A stretch of 64,000 bases of DNA from sequence record NC_028847.1; one strand, 5' to 3'. Position numbers and translations under genes: made by a program. The notes below the pieces were generated by a model. The model made no database searches. It was not told the origin of the DNA and was given only the letters and a program-made list of their open reading frames with translations. The stretch is from Escherichia phage QL01. Position 1 is the first letter of the stretch. Every line of letters begins with the position of its first letter. Positions 38,304-51,343 of this stretch are shown one piece after another.

Positions 38304-38537
38304 TTATTCCAGAATAGTTTTGATAGTGGTTGCATTACGCTCTTTTAGAGCTCTTAATAGGCTATGGCAATTATCAAGAATAGGCACCGTTTTATATTTC
38401 ATTTCAGCGCGAACCCACTCGGATTTATAGTACGATTTCCAACGAGAGAAAAAGTACTTTTTATATTCTACTGAATAGGCTATCAGGTTTTCACCTTTTG
38501 AGTTCAGACCTGAAAATTTAACTAGACGAAATTTCAT
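38304..38537 (-). CDS. hypothetical protein (31.2 position)
   Basis: 77 aa ORF, ATG overlaps cd stop. Confidence 0.55.
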   Translation of the reverse strand: MKFRLVKFSGLNSKGENLIAYSVEYKKYFFSRWKSYYKSEWVRAEMKYKTVPILDNCHSLLRALKERNATTIKTILE

Positions 38538-39082
38538 TATTCACCACAATAGTTTTGAATTGATTCCCAGTTCAAAGAACGGAGACCTGTACGATTATAC
38601 TGGATAACTTCGATGCCTGATTCACGGAGGATATCGTCCCACCCTTCAGGATTTCGGTCATAGAGCTCAGCATAAACCAATGTTTTAATTCCAGACTGCG
38701 CAATAGACTTAGCACAATCGGCGCACGGAGATAATGTCACGTACATCGTAGCGCCATCAATAGAACTTCCGGTACGAGCTGCAAACAAAATAGCATTCAG
38801 TTCAGCATGGATTTCATTTTTAGATGACCATGCAGCGTGAGCCATGCGGTGTTCTTTAAGAAGAACAGATTTATGCGACATCCGCGCTGGGTCATACACA
38901 ACACGGGTCCAGTCTTGTTCCACAGCATGGTCACAACAGTTAACACCGCCGGACGGTGAACCGTTATAGCCTGTAGAGATAATGCGACCATTCTTTTCGA
39001 TAACCGCACCCACTTTCCATGAACAACATTTTGATTCTTGAGAAATCAGATATGCAATCTGAAGGTATGTGCTTGCTTTCAT
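38537..39082 (-). CDS. cd: dCMP deaminase
   Basis: 181 aa; zinc-binding motifs HAELNAI and SPCADC typical of dCMP/cytidine deaminases; T4 position. Confidence 0.92.
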   Translation of the reverse strand: MKASTYLQIAYLISQESKCCSWKVGAVIEKNGRIISTGYNGSPSGGVNCCDHAVEQDWTRVVYDPARMSHKSVLLKEHRMAHAAWSSKNEIHAELNAILFAARTGSSIDGATMYVTLSPCADCAKSIAQSGIKTLVYAELYDRNPEGWDDILRESGIEVIQYNRTGLRSLNWESIQNYCGE

Positions 39083-39312
39083 TCTATGAACACTCGCTGC
39101 GCTTCGACCAGACCATCAGAACCAAGTTTCAACTGGGTAATCTGGCCGCCATTTTTAGGATTAACGATAACCAATACCGCACGTGGTGATTCCTGAATTA
39201 CTCGCAGAGTTGCGTCAGGAAAACGTACAGAAACCTTATTAATCAGGGCCTGGGCAAATTCTTTAACTTTAACTTGGAACTGCTCTACAGTAATAGGTTG
39301 TTCGCTCAGCAT
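39079..39312 (-). CDS. hypothetical protein (cd.x)
   Basis: 77 aa ORF, compact arrangement. Confidence 0.5.
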   Translation of the reverse strand: MLSEQPITVEQFQVKVKEFAQALINKVSVRFPDATLRVIQESPRAVLVIVNPKNGGQITQLKLGSDGLVEAQRVFIE

Positions 39313-39866
39313 TAGATGGTCTCCAACTTAAGTTGTTTGGTAGTGGTAGCTTGGGTAACGTCGCCTTTAACAATATAACACACTTGTTGGAACGACTTAG
39401 TCAAAAGCTCTTCAGCCTGACGATCGGCTTGTTCCTTTGTGTTATGGCGAGAATGAACTTCAATCTTACCATTTTTAACAATAAGCACTTTCCAATCGGC
39501 CGTAGCTTTTACTGGCTTAGGTTCTGGCTTTACAGCAATACTCGTAGTAGCCAGTGGACGTACTACTTCAATAAAGTATTCGAATTCATGGGCAAAGGCG
39601 CCTACTGAATTAAAAAGAACACTAGTTGCATCATCGGGATTACCTGTGATTTTGCTCAGGTCAACAAACATCAACTCATCGTATACACGAATTCGGCTTA
39701 CACGTGGCTTCCCGTTATGGTAATCAATTTCAACTTCAAACGGGTTCATACCTACATACTTGGCAAAAGCTGTATTGAGGCCGTAAGCGCCGTTATTAGT
39801 GAATTTGTTTTTAGTGTATTCACCAACGAACTTATAAAACTTACGCTCTTCAAAGAACTGGCTCAT
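39312..39866 (-). CDS. hypothetical protein (cd.x)
   Basis: Internal ATG (MSQFFEERKF...) with GAGGAAAT SD. Confidence 0.5.
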   Translation of the reverse strand: MSQFFEERKFYKFVGEYTKNKFTNNGAYGLNTAFAKYVGMNPFEVEIDYHNGKPRVSRIRVYDELMFVDLSKITGNPDDATSVLFNSVGAFAHEFEYFIEVVRPLATTSIAVKPEPKPVKATADWKVLIVKNGKIEVHSRHNTKEQADRQAEELLTKSFQQVCYIVKGDVTQATTTKQLKLETI

Positions 39867-39928
39867 TTCGATTTCCTCATTTGTTTCGGTAGGACTACTA
39901 TACCACAGTCCTACCATAGTGTAAACAC

Positions 39929-40207
39929 TTAAATTGCTTCGACAACTACCGTTTGTTTCTGGAAGTCCATTTTGCATGAAATAGTCAAAATGTGGTTATC
40001 AATTTTAAATGGAACGATTGCAAATGCTGCACCTGGCGTGAGTTGAACAGTGATTGCATCAACTGCATCCGGGAACATGATTTCCAGAATAGCAGACAAA
40101 CGACCGTGCACTTTTAGTTCAGTCGACGTGTCGACGGTTTCGTATAGATAATCAGATACAATCTGACTAAAAACTACTTTAACAATTTCAGAATAAGTAG
40201 GGAACAT
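39929..40207 (-). CDS. hypothetical protein (cd.x)
   Basis: 92 aa ORF with GAGG SD. Confidence 0.5.
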   Translation of the reverse strand: MFPTYSEIVKVVFSQIVSDYLYETVDTSTELKVHGRLSAILEIMFPDAVDAITVQLTPGAAFAIVPFKIDNHILTISCKMDFQKQTVVVEAI

Positions 40208-40214
40208 AATTACC

Positions 40215-40430
40215 TCAGTGTACTGTATGGACCTTCACGTTAACAATAAACCGGTCAACGACTTCAGTCAGAGGAACAAACTCAACATAGTACTCGCCTT
40301 TGTAACGTTCATTGAGGTCATTACGAAGGGCCGCTAGTGAGTTAATGAGGGTAGGAGACATATTCTGACCTACCAGTTTCTGAAGCTCTTTATAAGCTTC
40401 TTCTTCAACTTCATGGTGTTTGTTATACAT
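40215..40430 (-). CDS. hypothetical protein (cd.x)
   Basis: Start moved to internal ATG (MYNKHHEVEEE...) to avoid overlap with upstream ORF. Confidence 0.45.
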   Translation of the reverse strand: MYNKHHEVEEEAYKELQKLVGQNMSPTLINSLAALRNDLNERYKGEYYVEFVPLTEVVDRFIVNVKVHTVH

Positions 40431-40620
40431 AATGTTCTTCCAAGAAGGCAAGGAGTTCAGGAGCGGATTTAAAAATACCACCATCGACCTTGTCTTCATC
40501 TTTATAGTCCATAACATCCAGGCCAATACGTCCATCAGTTAAAGGCCATACGCCAAAGAAAAAGCATTTACGTTTTTCAATTTCTTCGATTGTACGAAAA
40601 ATCTTTTCAATGTTATTCAT
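40423..40620 (-). CDS. hypothetical protein (cd.x)
   Basis: 65 aa ORF. Confidence 0.45.
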   Translation of the reverse strand: MNNIEKIFRTIEEIEKRKCFFFGVWPLTDGRIGLDVMDYKDEDKVDGGIFKSAPELLAFLEEHYV

Positions 40621-40809
40621 AGGTTTTCCATGGTAATGGGATTTTAGTTTGCTTTACTGTTAATTCAATACCTGGGTTCTTGGCTTTTAATTTAAGGCAT
40701 TCTTCCCAGGCTTTAGATTGACTAGTGAATACACAGAACTGCCCATTGTTAGTTCCGACTAAACCGCCGTCCACATGAACAACGGCCCAGGTTTCATGGT
40801 GCCAGGCCA

Positions 40810-40810
<1 letters not shown>
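40613..40810 (-). CDS. hypothetical protein (cd.x)
   Basis: Internal ATG (MAWHHETWAV...) overlapping pseT stop. Confidence 0.45.
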
Positions 40811-42010
<1,200 letters not shown>

Positions 42011-42014
<4 letters not shown>

Positions 42015-42493
42015 ACACCAAGTTCCTTATAAAGTTCTTCACGGCAAGTTTTAAGGGTTTTACCTGATTCGTAAGCAACACTTTCAGGAACATCACCGAG
42101 GGTTACTGCGGATTGCATTTGTCCATGGCGTTTAGCCGCATATTCAAAACTTTTTACTAGCTCGCGAATACGTTCTTTTTCATTGTACTCTTCAATGAAT
42201 TCAGGGTATTCCCAAACCGGGCGCATCATACGATACCACTGTTGGATGGTGATATAATTACTTCCATTCAAATTAATAATCTGCGAAGGCTCAATAGACC
42301 CTGGAGCATAAAAAGTTACCTGTCTTACTACATCAATACCGTCCACAATAGCCCAAGCAAAATTGAAAGTTGCCTTCTTTTCAAGCGGTGTACTTGCACA
42401 GGACCCTAATTTTAAGAGCTTTTGTAATACAGGAGATTTAACGCCTGAAATGTATTCAGGCTTAGCCACAAAACTGTTATCACGTAAAGTCAT
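42011..42493 (-). CDS. hypothetical protein (early gene)
   Basis: Internal ATG (MTLRDNSFVAKPEY...) with GAGGAAAT SD, downstream of GTTTAC-N18-TATAAT promoter. Confidence 0.55.
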
Positions 42494-42527
42494 AATAATT
42501 TCCTCAAATTTTATAATCCGTAGGAGC

Positions 42528-42557
42528 ATTATACTCTGCTCCCAAGAGTTTGTAAAC
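42528..42557 (-). promoter_or_regulatory. early promoter GTTTAC-N18-TATAAT
   Basis: Consensus motif upstream of 42011..42493 ORF, overlapping end of 35-aa ORF. Confidence 0.55.
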
Positions 42558-42664
42558 TACTTTCCGAAAAGACCGCCAATACATATACTAATCAGAATTC
42601 CAAAACAAAAGCAGACAAAACCAAATCTAACAATATCCCATCCATCAGTACACGCTTCAATCAT
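42557..42664 (-). CDS. hypothetical small hydrophobic peptide (35 aa, predicted single transmembrane segment)
   Basis: Manual read: MIEACTDGWDIVRFGFVCFCFGILISICIGGLFGK; ATG overlaps o-spanin TGA (ATGA) with GAGGAG 8 nt upstream. Confidence 0.45.
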   Translation of the reverse strand: MIEACTDGWDIVRFGFVCFCFGILISICIGGLFGK

Positions 42665-42951
42665 TTGCACTTCTCCTCTTTTAGACCGGAACGATAATAA
42701 CATAACATGGATTTCTGGTCTTGTACATATCTTTTTACGTCATTCAACCAAATACGATGTTCTTGGGAATCTTCAAATGGCATTCCAACCCAAGCTTTAC
42801 CATCGATTACCTTAACCTGCCATTTAACATTATGTTTGGCAATAGGTTGTGGCCATGAAGGATGTAGTTGTTGCTTAGGCACTACAGGGATGTCCTGGGC
42901 ACATCCAACTAACAAGCCAATAGATAATACTACCACAGATAATTTAATCAT
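42661..42951 (-). CDS. o-spanin (outer-membrane lipoprotein, pseT.2-like)
   Basis: Signal peptide with lipobox LLVGC, 96 aa, overlaps i-spanin end; T4 pseT.2/pseT.3 spanin pair as recalled. Confidence 0.8.
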   Translation of the reverse strand: MIKLSVVVLSIGLLVGCAQDIPVVPKQQLHPSWPQPIAKHNVKWQVKVIDGKAWVGMPFEDSQEHRIWLNDVKRYVQDQKSMLCYYRSGLKEEKCK

Positions 42952-43301
42952 TCTGTAATGCTCCTGAAGTCTTCTGTAAAGGAATCGAAGGACTTGTTGA
43001 TTTGTTTTTCGACCAATCCTGGCTTACTTGCCACCACGTGCGCCTTCTTCGAATCTTTACGGAGCTTTTCATTTTCTACCTTAATTTTATCCATTCGGGC
43101 ATTCATTTCAGTAGTACGGAATTCAATATCAGAGTATTGGCCACGTAGGTCATCTACGGCTTCGGCATTCTGTTTAGCCGTTTGCTGGGTTGTTTTCAGT
43201 TCTTCAGTAAGGGTATCAATACGACTTGATTGATACGAAATAAAACCATAAGCACCTACTGCAATGGCTCCAGCTAAAAGGTAAATACTTAATTTAGACA
43301 T
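42948..43301 (-). CDS. i-spanin (inner-membrane, pseT.3-like)
   Basis: N-terminal TM helix (LSIYLLAGAIAVGAYGFISY) followed by coiled-coil periplasmic domain; 117 aa. Confidence 0.8.
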   Translation of the reverse strand: MSKLSIYLLAGAIAVGAYGFISYQSSRIDTLTEELKTTQQTAKQNAEAVDDLRGQYSDIEFRTTEMNARMDKIKVENEKLRKDSKKAHVVASKPGLVEKQINKSFDSFTEDFRSITE

Positions 43302-43789
43302 TTGGTAATAATCTCGATGATGTCATCACGTGACAGGGAATTAATAAGAACCGTTTTAGGATTTTCACACTGAATTTTATACGTTTCAAACATAAAACAT
43401 AATTCTTCAGCAGTATGGTAAGGACTTGAAATGCCAAGGCGATTAAACTTGTCGCTTAATGGGTCGCAAATCAAATAGAACGTGATGCCTGAGATTTTAA
43501 CATTAGGTTGGCTAATATTAATAAACACCTCGGCATCGTATTTGGAAAGGTTGTTTTGGAGAAACTCGACCATAGAGTTAACAGCTTGAGGCATTGCTTC
43601 ACGCTTTTCTTCAGCATAACGGGTAGAGTATTCTTTTTGCTTGATTTTCTTTTTAGCATTTTTAGCTAAAGTAACACGAAGATCGGTCAGGTAACCTACT
43701 GCACGAGAACCTTTAAAAACTTGGATGCCGTCAGTAGAGTCACCAAAAGCCTTAACAACCATTTCGTTAGTAATCATTTGCATATTCAT
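43289..43789 (-). CDS. hypothetical protein at alc position (possible Alc-like)
   Basis: 166 aa, position between rnlA and spanins where T4 has alc (167 aa as recalled); sequence identity not verified. Confidence 0.45.
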   Translation of the reverse strand: MNMQMITNEMVVKAFGDSTDGIQVFKGSRAVGYLTDLRVTLAKNAKKKIKQKEYSTRYAEEKREAMPQAVNSMVEFLQNNLSKYDAEVFINISQPNVKISGITFYLICDPLSDKFNRLGISSPYHTAEELCFMFETYKIQCENPKTVLINSLSRDDIIEIITKCLN

Positions 43790-43819
43790 TTTGTTTTCTC
43801 CTCATTAGTTGGTAAGTCT

Positions 43820-43848
43820 ATACTAACACGTCATGAGGAGATGTAAAC
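43820..43848 (-). promoter_or_regulatory. early promoter GTTTAC-N17-TAGTAT
   Basis: Motif between rnlA stop and 43289..43789 ORF. Confidence 0.5.
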
Positions 43849-44996
43849 TACTCTACCACAATTTCTTTCAAATATTTTTCAGGGATTTGGGCCTTATGAT
43901 TTTTCAAGAACACAGAGTTAATCTGGTCCATGACCGTATCATAATTAATACCGCCTACGTACGCCTGCATAAGAATAGAGAACAACCCTGGGAAGTCCTT
44001 AAGGATTAGCTGTCCAGTAACGGCATAGTCTTTACGGTCGCGACCTTTGAGTTGAGAGTAAGCTGCTTCTAACAAGGCTAATGATTGTTCTAGGTAATCT
44101 AAATGGATGCGTTCAAAGGCATCGATTTTCTCGATAGCAAAGGAATCTGTACTGAACAGACCACGAAGGTCATCAGTTCCACCAGCCACTACAACTTCAA
44201 ACAAACGTTCGTTGTTGTTAATGGAATCTTTGGTATGATGCAGTGCACTGTACCAGGCGGTTTTGAGTTTAAAGAACGTACCATCTTTCAGTACAAAGAT
44301 GAAACCTTCAATACCTTCTTGTTTACGGATGTTTTCTACGAAATCACCTTCAGCGAGGTCATAGCTTTCAACCAAATGCTTACGCAGGGCCCCATCTTTA
44401 AACAATTCAGCATACGGAATATATTCACCTGTTTCATTATTACGAACGTTTAACAGGATGAGGTTTGTTTCTTGGTAAGCCAGCACGATACGGTTGGTAG
44501 GTGCTACATATTCAAGGTTGCAGGTATACCCAGCTTTGGTGATTTCTTCTAGACGTGCGGCAAAAGCCTCGTTCTCAGGGAGACGAAGGAACCGTAAAGA
44601 ATCATGCACCATTGATGAATGGATAGAGCCTTTAGATTTAACAGAAAGATACTGTCGGTCCATGAATGTAGAAATCAGAGAACCATCTTCCTTAGCCATT
44701 ACGAGGTCGATATTTTCTGGCGACAAATCCAGACCGATAGTCATAGGGTTTTCGTCGAGGTTAAAGAACTTTTGCATAGGACGAGCGGCAATACGTACAG
44801 GACCTTTCTCGTCCATTTCAAACATAATGCCTCGGCACTCTAGTGCGCCGTCTTCCAACCAATCACTGTATGATGCGTAGTTATAACTAAAGATGCGATA
44901 GTTGACTCCTAGAGCACTCTGAAAGTCTTTAAAGAAGAACTTAGATTTAGTCGAGTTTTTAACCAGGGCCATCAAGTTATCATATAATTCAATCAT
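43848..44996 (-). CDS. rnlA: RNA ligase 1 (RnlA, gene 63)
   Basis: RIFSYNYASYSDWL, ALECRGIMFEMD, KEDGSL adenylation lysine motif, FVAPTNRIVLAYQE, ILLNVR.NETGEYI match T4 Rnl1. Confidence 0.96.
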   Translation of the reverse strand: MIELYDNLMALVKNSTKSKFFFKDFQSALGVNYRIFSYNYASYSDWLEDGALECRGIMFEMDEKGPVRIAARPMQKFFNLDENPMTIGLDLSPENIDLVMAKEDGSLISTFMDRQYLSVKSKGSIHSSMVHDSLRFLRLPENEAFAARLEEITKAGYTCNLEYVAPTNRIVLAYQETNLILLNVRNNETGEYIPYAELFKDGALRKHLVESYDLAEGDFVENIRKQEGIEGFIFVLKDGTFFKLKTAWYSALHHTKDSINNNERLFEVVVAGGTDDLRGLFSTDSFAIEKIDAFERIHLDYLEQSLALLEAAYSQLKGRDRKDYAVTGQLILKDFPGLFSILMQAYVGGINYDTVMDQINSVFLKNHKAQIPEKYLKEIVVE

Positions 44997-45406
44997 TGCT
45001 TTATCCTATGTTGGGTATTCCAAGGTGGATTAAATTTCTTTATGAACATTGGCTCTTCAAGAGACATGGTCTCAACTGACATAGTTCCAAGTTCGTTAGT
45101 CATCGACAGATTAAAGCACTGCCGTGCATAGAACTCCACCTTTTTACCTGCCATTAATGCTTCATGAATCAGAATGGACTTAGTCGAATCCGACGTTTGG
45201 TCCTTACGATTAATAGCGGTTCGGTAGTAGTTGATGCGCTTACGAAGATTTTTAGTCTTCCCGACGTAGACTAGTATATCATCAACCGCTATAGCATATA
45301 TGACATTTTGTTTATTTGGTACTGTGAGTGGAGCTATGGTGGCGTCATCTTGGAGTTCTAGGGTGACGTACTTGATAAAGCTAAATTCGTCTGCGATTTC
45401 TTTCAT
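44993..45406 (-). CDS. denA: endonuclease II (DenA), GIY-YIG family
   Basis: YAIAVDDILVYVGKTKNLRKRINYYRTAINRKD...ARQCFNLSMTNELGTM matches T4 EndoII; start at MKEIADE. Confidence 0.95.
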   Translation of the reverse strand: MKEIADEFSFIKYVTLELQDDATIAPLTVPNKQNVIYAIAVDDILVYVGKTKNLRKRINYYRTAINRKDQTSDSTKSILIHEALMAGKKVEFYARQCFNLSMTNELGTMSVETMSLEEPMFIKKFNPPWNTQHRIKQ

Positions 45407-45414
45407 AGCAATAA

Positions 45415-45428
45415 GGGGCCGAAGCCCC
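45415..45428 (-). terminator. hairpin (GGGGC-UUCG-GCCCC) between nrdB and denA
   Basis: 5-bp GC stem with UUCG loop. Confidence 0.45.
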
Positions 45429-45433
45429 ATTCC

Positions 45434-46612
45434 TTAAAAATATTTCTTGTACGATGCCATTACTTTTTCATCGACATCGTTATCAATTTGTGCTACAAGG
45501 TAAGAACTGATTTCCACTTCCTGAGGAGCAGCCTGTACAGCATCAGAGTTCAGGTATTCGCGAATCCAAGGATAAGGATGGCGGGCAGGAGCATCAGTAA
45601 TAGGACACGGTAAGCCACATTGCTTCATACGAGAAACTGTCAGGTAATCGACAAAAGCACCCATGTTCTGAGTATTTAATCCAGGGCAAGTACCATCTTT
45701 GAACAGGTGAGCAGCCCATTCTTTTTCTTGACGGTTAACTTCCATGAAAATATCAACTGCTTCTTGTTCACACTCTTGAGCAATTTTAACCCATTCGTCA
45801 CCGTCAGTACCAAGTTGGAGTTGACGAATAATGTACTGAGTACCTTTAAGGTGAAGCTGTTCATCACGTGCAATGAACTTCATAATCTTAGCATTACCTT
45901 CCATGATTTCCATGTTTTTATGGAAGTTAAAGGTGCATGCGAAAGATACATAAAAACGAATAGCTTCCAATGCGTTGATTACATGAAGGCAAAGGTAAAG
46001 GGATTTCATTAGCTCACGCTTCCAATACATCTCATGCTCAATAGCATCTTCAATATCGTCTTCGTCTGCATTAATTTCTTTTTGGTATTCGATATCAGCT
46101 TTAGCATTCTGCCAATAGCGAGTTTTCTCAATAACGTCGTCGTAATAACGACCAATAGATTCAGCACGTTTCATAATAGCGTCATCTAACAGAATTTCAT
46201 CAAATACCTTTGACGGGTCTGTATAGAGGTTACGCATGATATGGGTATATGAACGAGAGTGAATAGTCTCACTAAAGGTCCATGTAGCCACCCATGTATC
46301 AAGGCTAGGGTCTGAAATCAAGGCTTGAAGTGCAGCAGAAGGAGCACGTCCTTGGATACTATCCAGAAGTGATTGATACTTCAGGTTATTGGTAAAAATA
46401 TTTTGTTGGAATTGTGGAAGCTTATTAAATTGAGCAGCATCCATCATCAAGTTGACTTCTTCTGGACGCCAGAAAAAACTCAACTGCTTTTCACAAAGCT
46501 CTTCGAATACTTTATGACGTTGGATATCATAACGGGCAATACCCAATCCTGAACCAAAGAACATCGGCTCGACTAAAACATCAACTGGGGTGGTATTAAA
46601 AACTGTAGACAT
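45434..46612 (-). CDS. nrdB: ribonucleotide reductase small subunit NrdB (no intron)
   Basis: Continuous ORF with near-identity to T4 NrdB (ISFFWRPEEVNLMMDAAQFNKLPQ.QQNIFTNNLKYQSLLDSIQGRAPS); start at MSTVFNT. Confidence 0.96.
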   Translation of the reverse strand: MSTVFNTTPVDVLVEPMFFGSGLGIARYDIQRHKVFEELCEKQLSFFWRPEEVNLMMDAAQFNKLPQFQQNIFTNNLKYQSLLDSIQGRAPSAALQALISDPSLDTWVATWTFSETIHSRSYTHIMRNLYTDPSKVFDEILLDDAIMKRAESIGRYYDDVIEKTRYWQNAKADIEYQKEINADEDDIEDAIEHEMYWKRELMKSLYLCLHVINALEAIRFYVSFACTFNFHKNMEIMEGNAKIMKFIARDEQLHLKGTQYIIRQLQLGTDGDEWVKIAQECEQEAVDIFMEVNRQEKEWAAHLFKDGTCPGLNTQNMGAFVDYLTVSRMKQCGLPCPITDAPARHPYPWIREYLNSDAVQAAPQEVEISSYLVAQIDNDVDEKVMASYKKYF

Positions 46613-46665
46613 ATTATTCTCATTTGTTAGTGACTCATCCATGAGTCAATTATAATCAGATTTTA

Positions 46666-48921
46666 TTAAAGCTTACATGCTGCACAATCGTCGGCTTTAG
46701 GAGTTTCGATTTCGTAGTCATCAGTACCAGAGCCATCACGGGTGTTATGATAGTAAAGGTTCTTACCGCCGTAGTACCAGAAATACAGCAGGTCATCAAG
46801 CATTACCGACATCGGAACTTTTCCTTTTGGAAAAATCTGTGGGTCATAATATGTATTAGCTGATGCCGATTGACACACCCATTTCAACGCTATTGCCACT
46901 TGGGTAAGATAAGGTTTATTACCTTTCTTAGCGAGGCTCCAAGCGTAATCGTAGAGTCCTTGGTTATGTTCTACATTAGGAACTACCTGACGGAAGTTAC
47001 CTTCTTTAGATTCTTTAATACTTACCGGACCACGTGGAGGTTCGATACCGTTTGTAGAGTTGGAAACCTGGCTGCTTGATTCACACGGCATAAGTGCTGA
47101 TAATGTGCTATTACGGATGCCATGTTTAGCCAAGTCTTCCCGCAACGACGTCCAGTCACAAACATAGTTAGGGGCTGCGATTTGGTCAATCTTTTTATTG
47201 TACCAGTCGATAGGTAATTCGCCTCGAGACCATTTAGTGTCTGAATAATACTCGCAATGTCCTTTTTCTTCGGCCAGCTTGATGGATGCTCGGATAAGTC
47301 CATATTGTAATCTCTCAAACAATTCATGAGTTAAATCGTTAGCGTCTTCATAAGAAGCAAAGTTGCTTGCTAACCAAGCGGCGTAGTTCGTAACACCAAC
47401 ACCCAGGTTACGACGTTTCTTAGCCTTCAGAGCTTCAGGAACAGGATAATCTTGATAGTCCAACAGGTTATCAAGTGCACGTACTTGTACTTCAGCCAGC
47501 TCGTTGATTTTGTCTTGGTCCTGCCAATCGAAGTTATCCAATACGAATGCAGACAACGTACACAAACCAATTTCAGCGTCAGGACTATTCACGTCAGTAG
47601 TCGGGATAGCAATTTCACAACACAAGTTGCTCTGACGAATAGGAGCTTTTTCACGAATAAATGGTGTGAAGTTGTTAGTGTTATCAACGAACTGAGGATA
47701 AATTCGTGCAGTGCCTGAACGTTCAGTCATGAACAATTCGAAAAGGTCGCGTGCCTTAATACGTTTCTTACGAATACTAGGGTCTTTTTCTGCGGCTTCA
47801 TACAATTCACGGAAACGGTCTTGGTCTTCGAAATAAGAATAGTAAAGCTCACCACCCATTTCATGAGGACTAAACAACGTGATGTAATCATTTTTACCGA
47901 AACGTTCCATCATAAGGTCGTTCATCTGGATTCCGTAGTCCATATGGCGAATACGGTTCTCATCGACACCTTTGTTGTTTTTCAGAACGAGCAGATTTTC
48001 AACTTCCAAATGCCAAATAGGATAATAAGCAGTAGCAGCGCCGCCACGGATTCCACCTTGTGAACATGATTTAACAGCAGTCTGGAAATGTTTCCAGAAT
48101 GGAATAACACCGGTATGCTTGACTTCGCCCATGCCAATACGAGAACCTTCAGCACGAATCATACCAACGTTGATACCAATACCGGCACGTTTAGAAATGT
48201 ATTCAATTATTGAGTTAGCAGTTTTGTTAATAGATTTCAGTGAGTCGCCTGCTTCAATAACCACACAAGAACTAAATTGACGGGTTGGTGTACGTGCTCC
48301 AGCCATAATAGGAGTTGGTAATGAAACCTGACGGGTACTTACAGCATCATAAAAACGAATAATATGTGCTAAACGATTACCTGGCTCGTCTTGGTGTAAG
48401 GCCATACCAATACACATGATAGCGAACTGAGGGGTTTCGTAGATTTTACCGGTTGTTTTATCTTTAACCAGATATTTCTCTTTAAGCTGCATCGCACCAG
48501 CATAAGTCAATTCGAAATCGCGTTCATGCTTTATATGAGATTCTAAGAAAGTAATTTCTTCTGCAGAATATCGAGACAACAATTCAGGGTCATATTTACC
48601 TTCGTTAACACAATAGGAAATATGGTCGATAAAGCTACGTGGTTCGAACTGCCCATAAACTTCTTTACGCAGTGCAAACATCAATTCTTTTGCAGCAACA
48701 TATTGGTAATCAGGCTCTTCAACCGAGATAAGGTTGGCTGCTACCTTAACAGTCAGATTTTGGATATCTTTGGTAGTCATACCGTCACGAAGATGGGATT
48801 TGATTTCTTCGTATAATTCATAGGGGTCGATTTGGGTTCCTTCACAGCCCCAAGTCAGAACTTTAATAATTTTTTGTGCGTCAAAATCTTGGGATACACC
48901 ACTACTTTTTTGTACTTGCAT
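46666..48921 (-). CDS. nrdA: ribonucleotide reductase large subunit NrdA
   Basis: 751 aa; extensive identity to T4 NrdA including C-terminal ...ADDCAACKL. Confidence 0.97.
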   Translation of the reverse strand: MQVQKSSGVSQDFDAQKIIKVLTWGCEGTQIDPYELYEEIKSHLRDGMTTKDIQNLTVKVAANLISVEEPDYQYVAAKELMFALRKEVYGQFEPRSFIDHISYCVNEGKYDPELLSRYSAEEITFLESHIKHERDFELTYAGAMQLKEKYLVKDKTTGKIYETPQFAIMCIGMALHQDEPGNRLAHIIRFYDAVSTRQVSLPTPIMAGARTPTRQFSSCVVIEAGDSLKSINKTANSIIEYISKRAGIGINVGMIRAEGSRIGMGEVKHTGVIPFWKHFQTAVKSCSQGGIRGGAATAYYPIWHLEVENLLVLKNNKGVDENRIRHMDYGIQMNDLMMERFGKNDYITLFSPHEMGGELYYSYFEDQDRFRELYEAAEKDPSIRKKRIKARDLFELFMTERSGTARIYPQFVDNTNNFTPFIREKAPIRQSNLCCEIAIPTTDVNSPDAEIGLCTLSAFVLDNFDWQDQDKINELAEVQVRALDNLLDYQDYPVPEALKAKKRRNLGVGVTNYAAWLASNFASYEDANDLTHELFERLQYGLIRASIKLAEEKGHCEYYSDTKWSRGELPIDWYNKKIDQIAAPNYVCDWTSLREDLAKHGIRNSTLSALMPCESSSQVSNSTNGIEPPRGPVSIKESKEGNFRQVVPNVEHNQGLYDYAWSLAKKGNKPYLTQVAIALKWVCQSASANTYYDPQIFPKGKVPMSVMLDDLLYFWYYGGKNLYYHNTRDGSGTDDYEIETPKADDCAACKL

Positions 48922-49342
48922 AATTTCCTCAATATGTTAGGTTCTATAATTATTCTATCATAGAACCTGTTAAGCATGGACTGATATTTATAGGTCTTCT
49001 AATGAGAACGTGTCTTTGAAAAGTTTGTTAACAACCAGGGCTATCACATCCCCATGACAGTCCTTAGGTTTACAGGTACACGCTATACGCATACCTCTAA
49101 GGGTTTCAAGATGTTCTCTTTTAATTTCGCCCGATTTTATTTTAGCAATAAAGTATTCTTTAAAGTTCTTGATATTTTCCTCGCGGGTTCCATCTTTAAA
49201 TGGATTACCCCACATAGTTCCACGTTGGATATTGACATCAAAGTCTTCTTTATACTTGTTAACAACTCTGCAAACTCTCATTATAGCACCAAATTCAGCC
49301 CAACCATAATAACCAAAAACAGAGTACAGATTATTTGAATTT

Positions 49343-51028
<1,686 letters not shown>

Positions 51029-51053
51029 TTTATTCTCCTTAGTTGATAAGGCT

Positions 51054-51083
51054 ATAGTATCACTACCATAGCCTGGTGTAAAC
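51054..51083 (-). promoter_or_regulatory. early promoter GTTTAC-N18-TACTAT
   Basis: Motif upstream of 50789..51028 ORF. Confidence 0.55.
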
Positions 51084-51311
51084 TTATTTTTGAATTAAGC
51101 CCATATAAAATTTAGCGTCTTCCGGGTGCATACCGTCACAATACTCGTCAGCCATAAAGCGGGTAAGGTCTTCAAGAGGACCTTGGACTTCAATTTGCAT
51201 ACTACAGAATTGGGTATCTTTAATATGGGTCATAACTAAAGAAGGATAACGATTACGGATAACTTCGTAAGTGTATTCAAAATCAACGATATCAATATTA
51301 ACCTTAGCCAT
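51084..51311 (-). CDS. hypothetical protein (frd.x, early)
   Basis: Start at internal ATG (MAKVNIDIV...) with GAGGAAAA SD; early promoter upstream. Confidence 0.55.
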   Translation of the reverse strand: MAKVNIDIVDFEYTYEVIRNRYPSLVMTHIKDTQFCSMQIEVQGPLEDLTRFMADEYCDGMHPEDAKFYMGLIQK

Positions 51312-51343
51312 TTTATTTTCCTCACTCATTAGTTGATAGGTCT

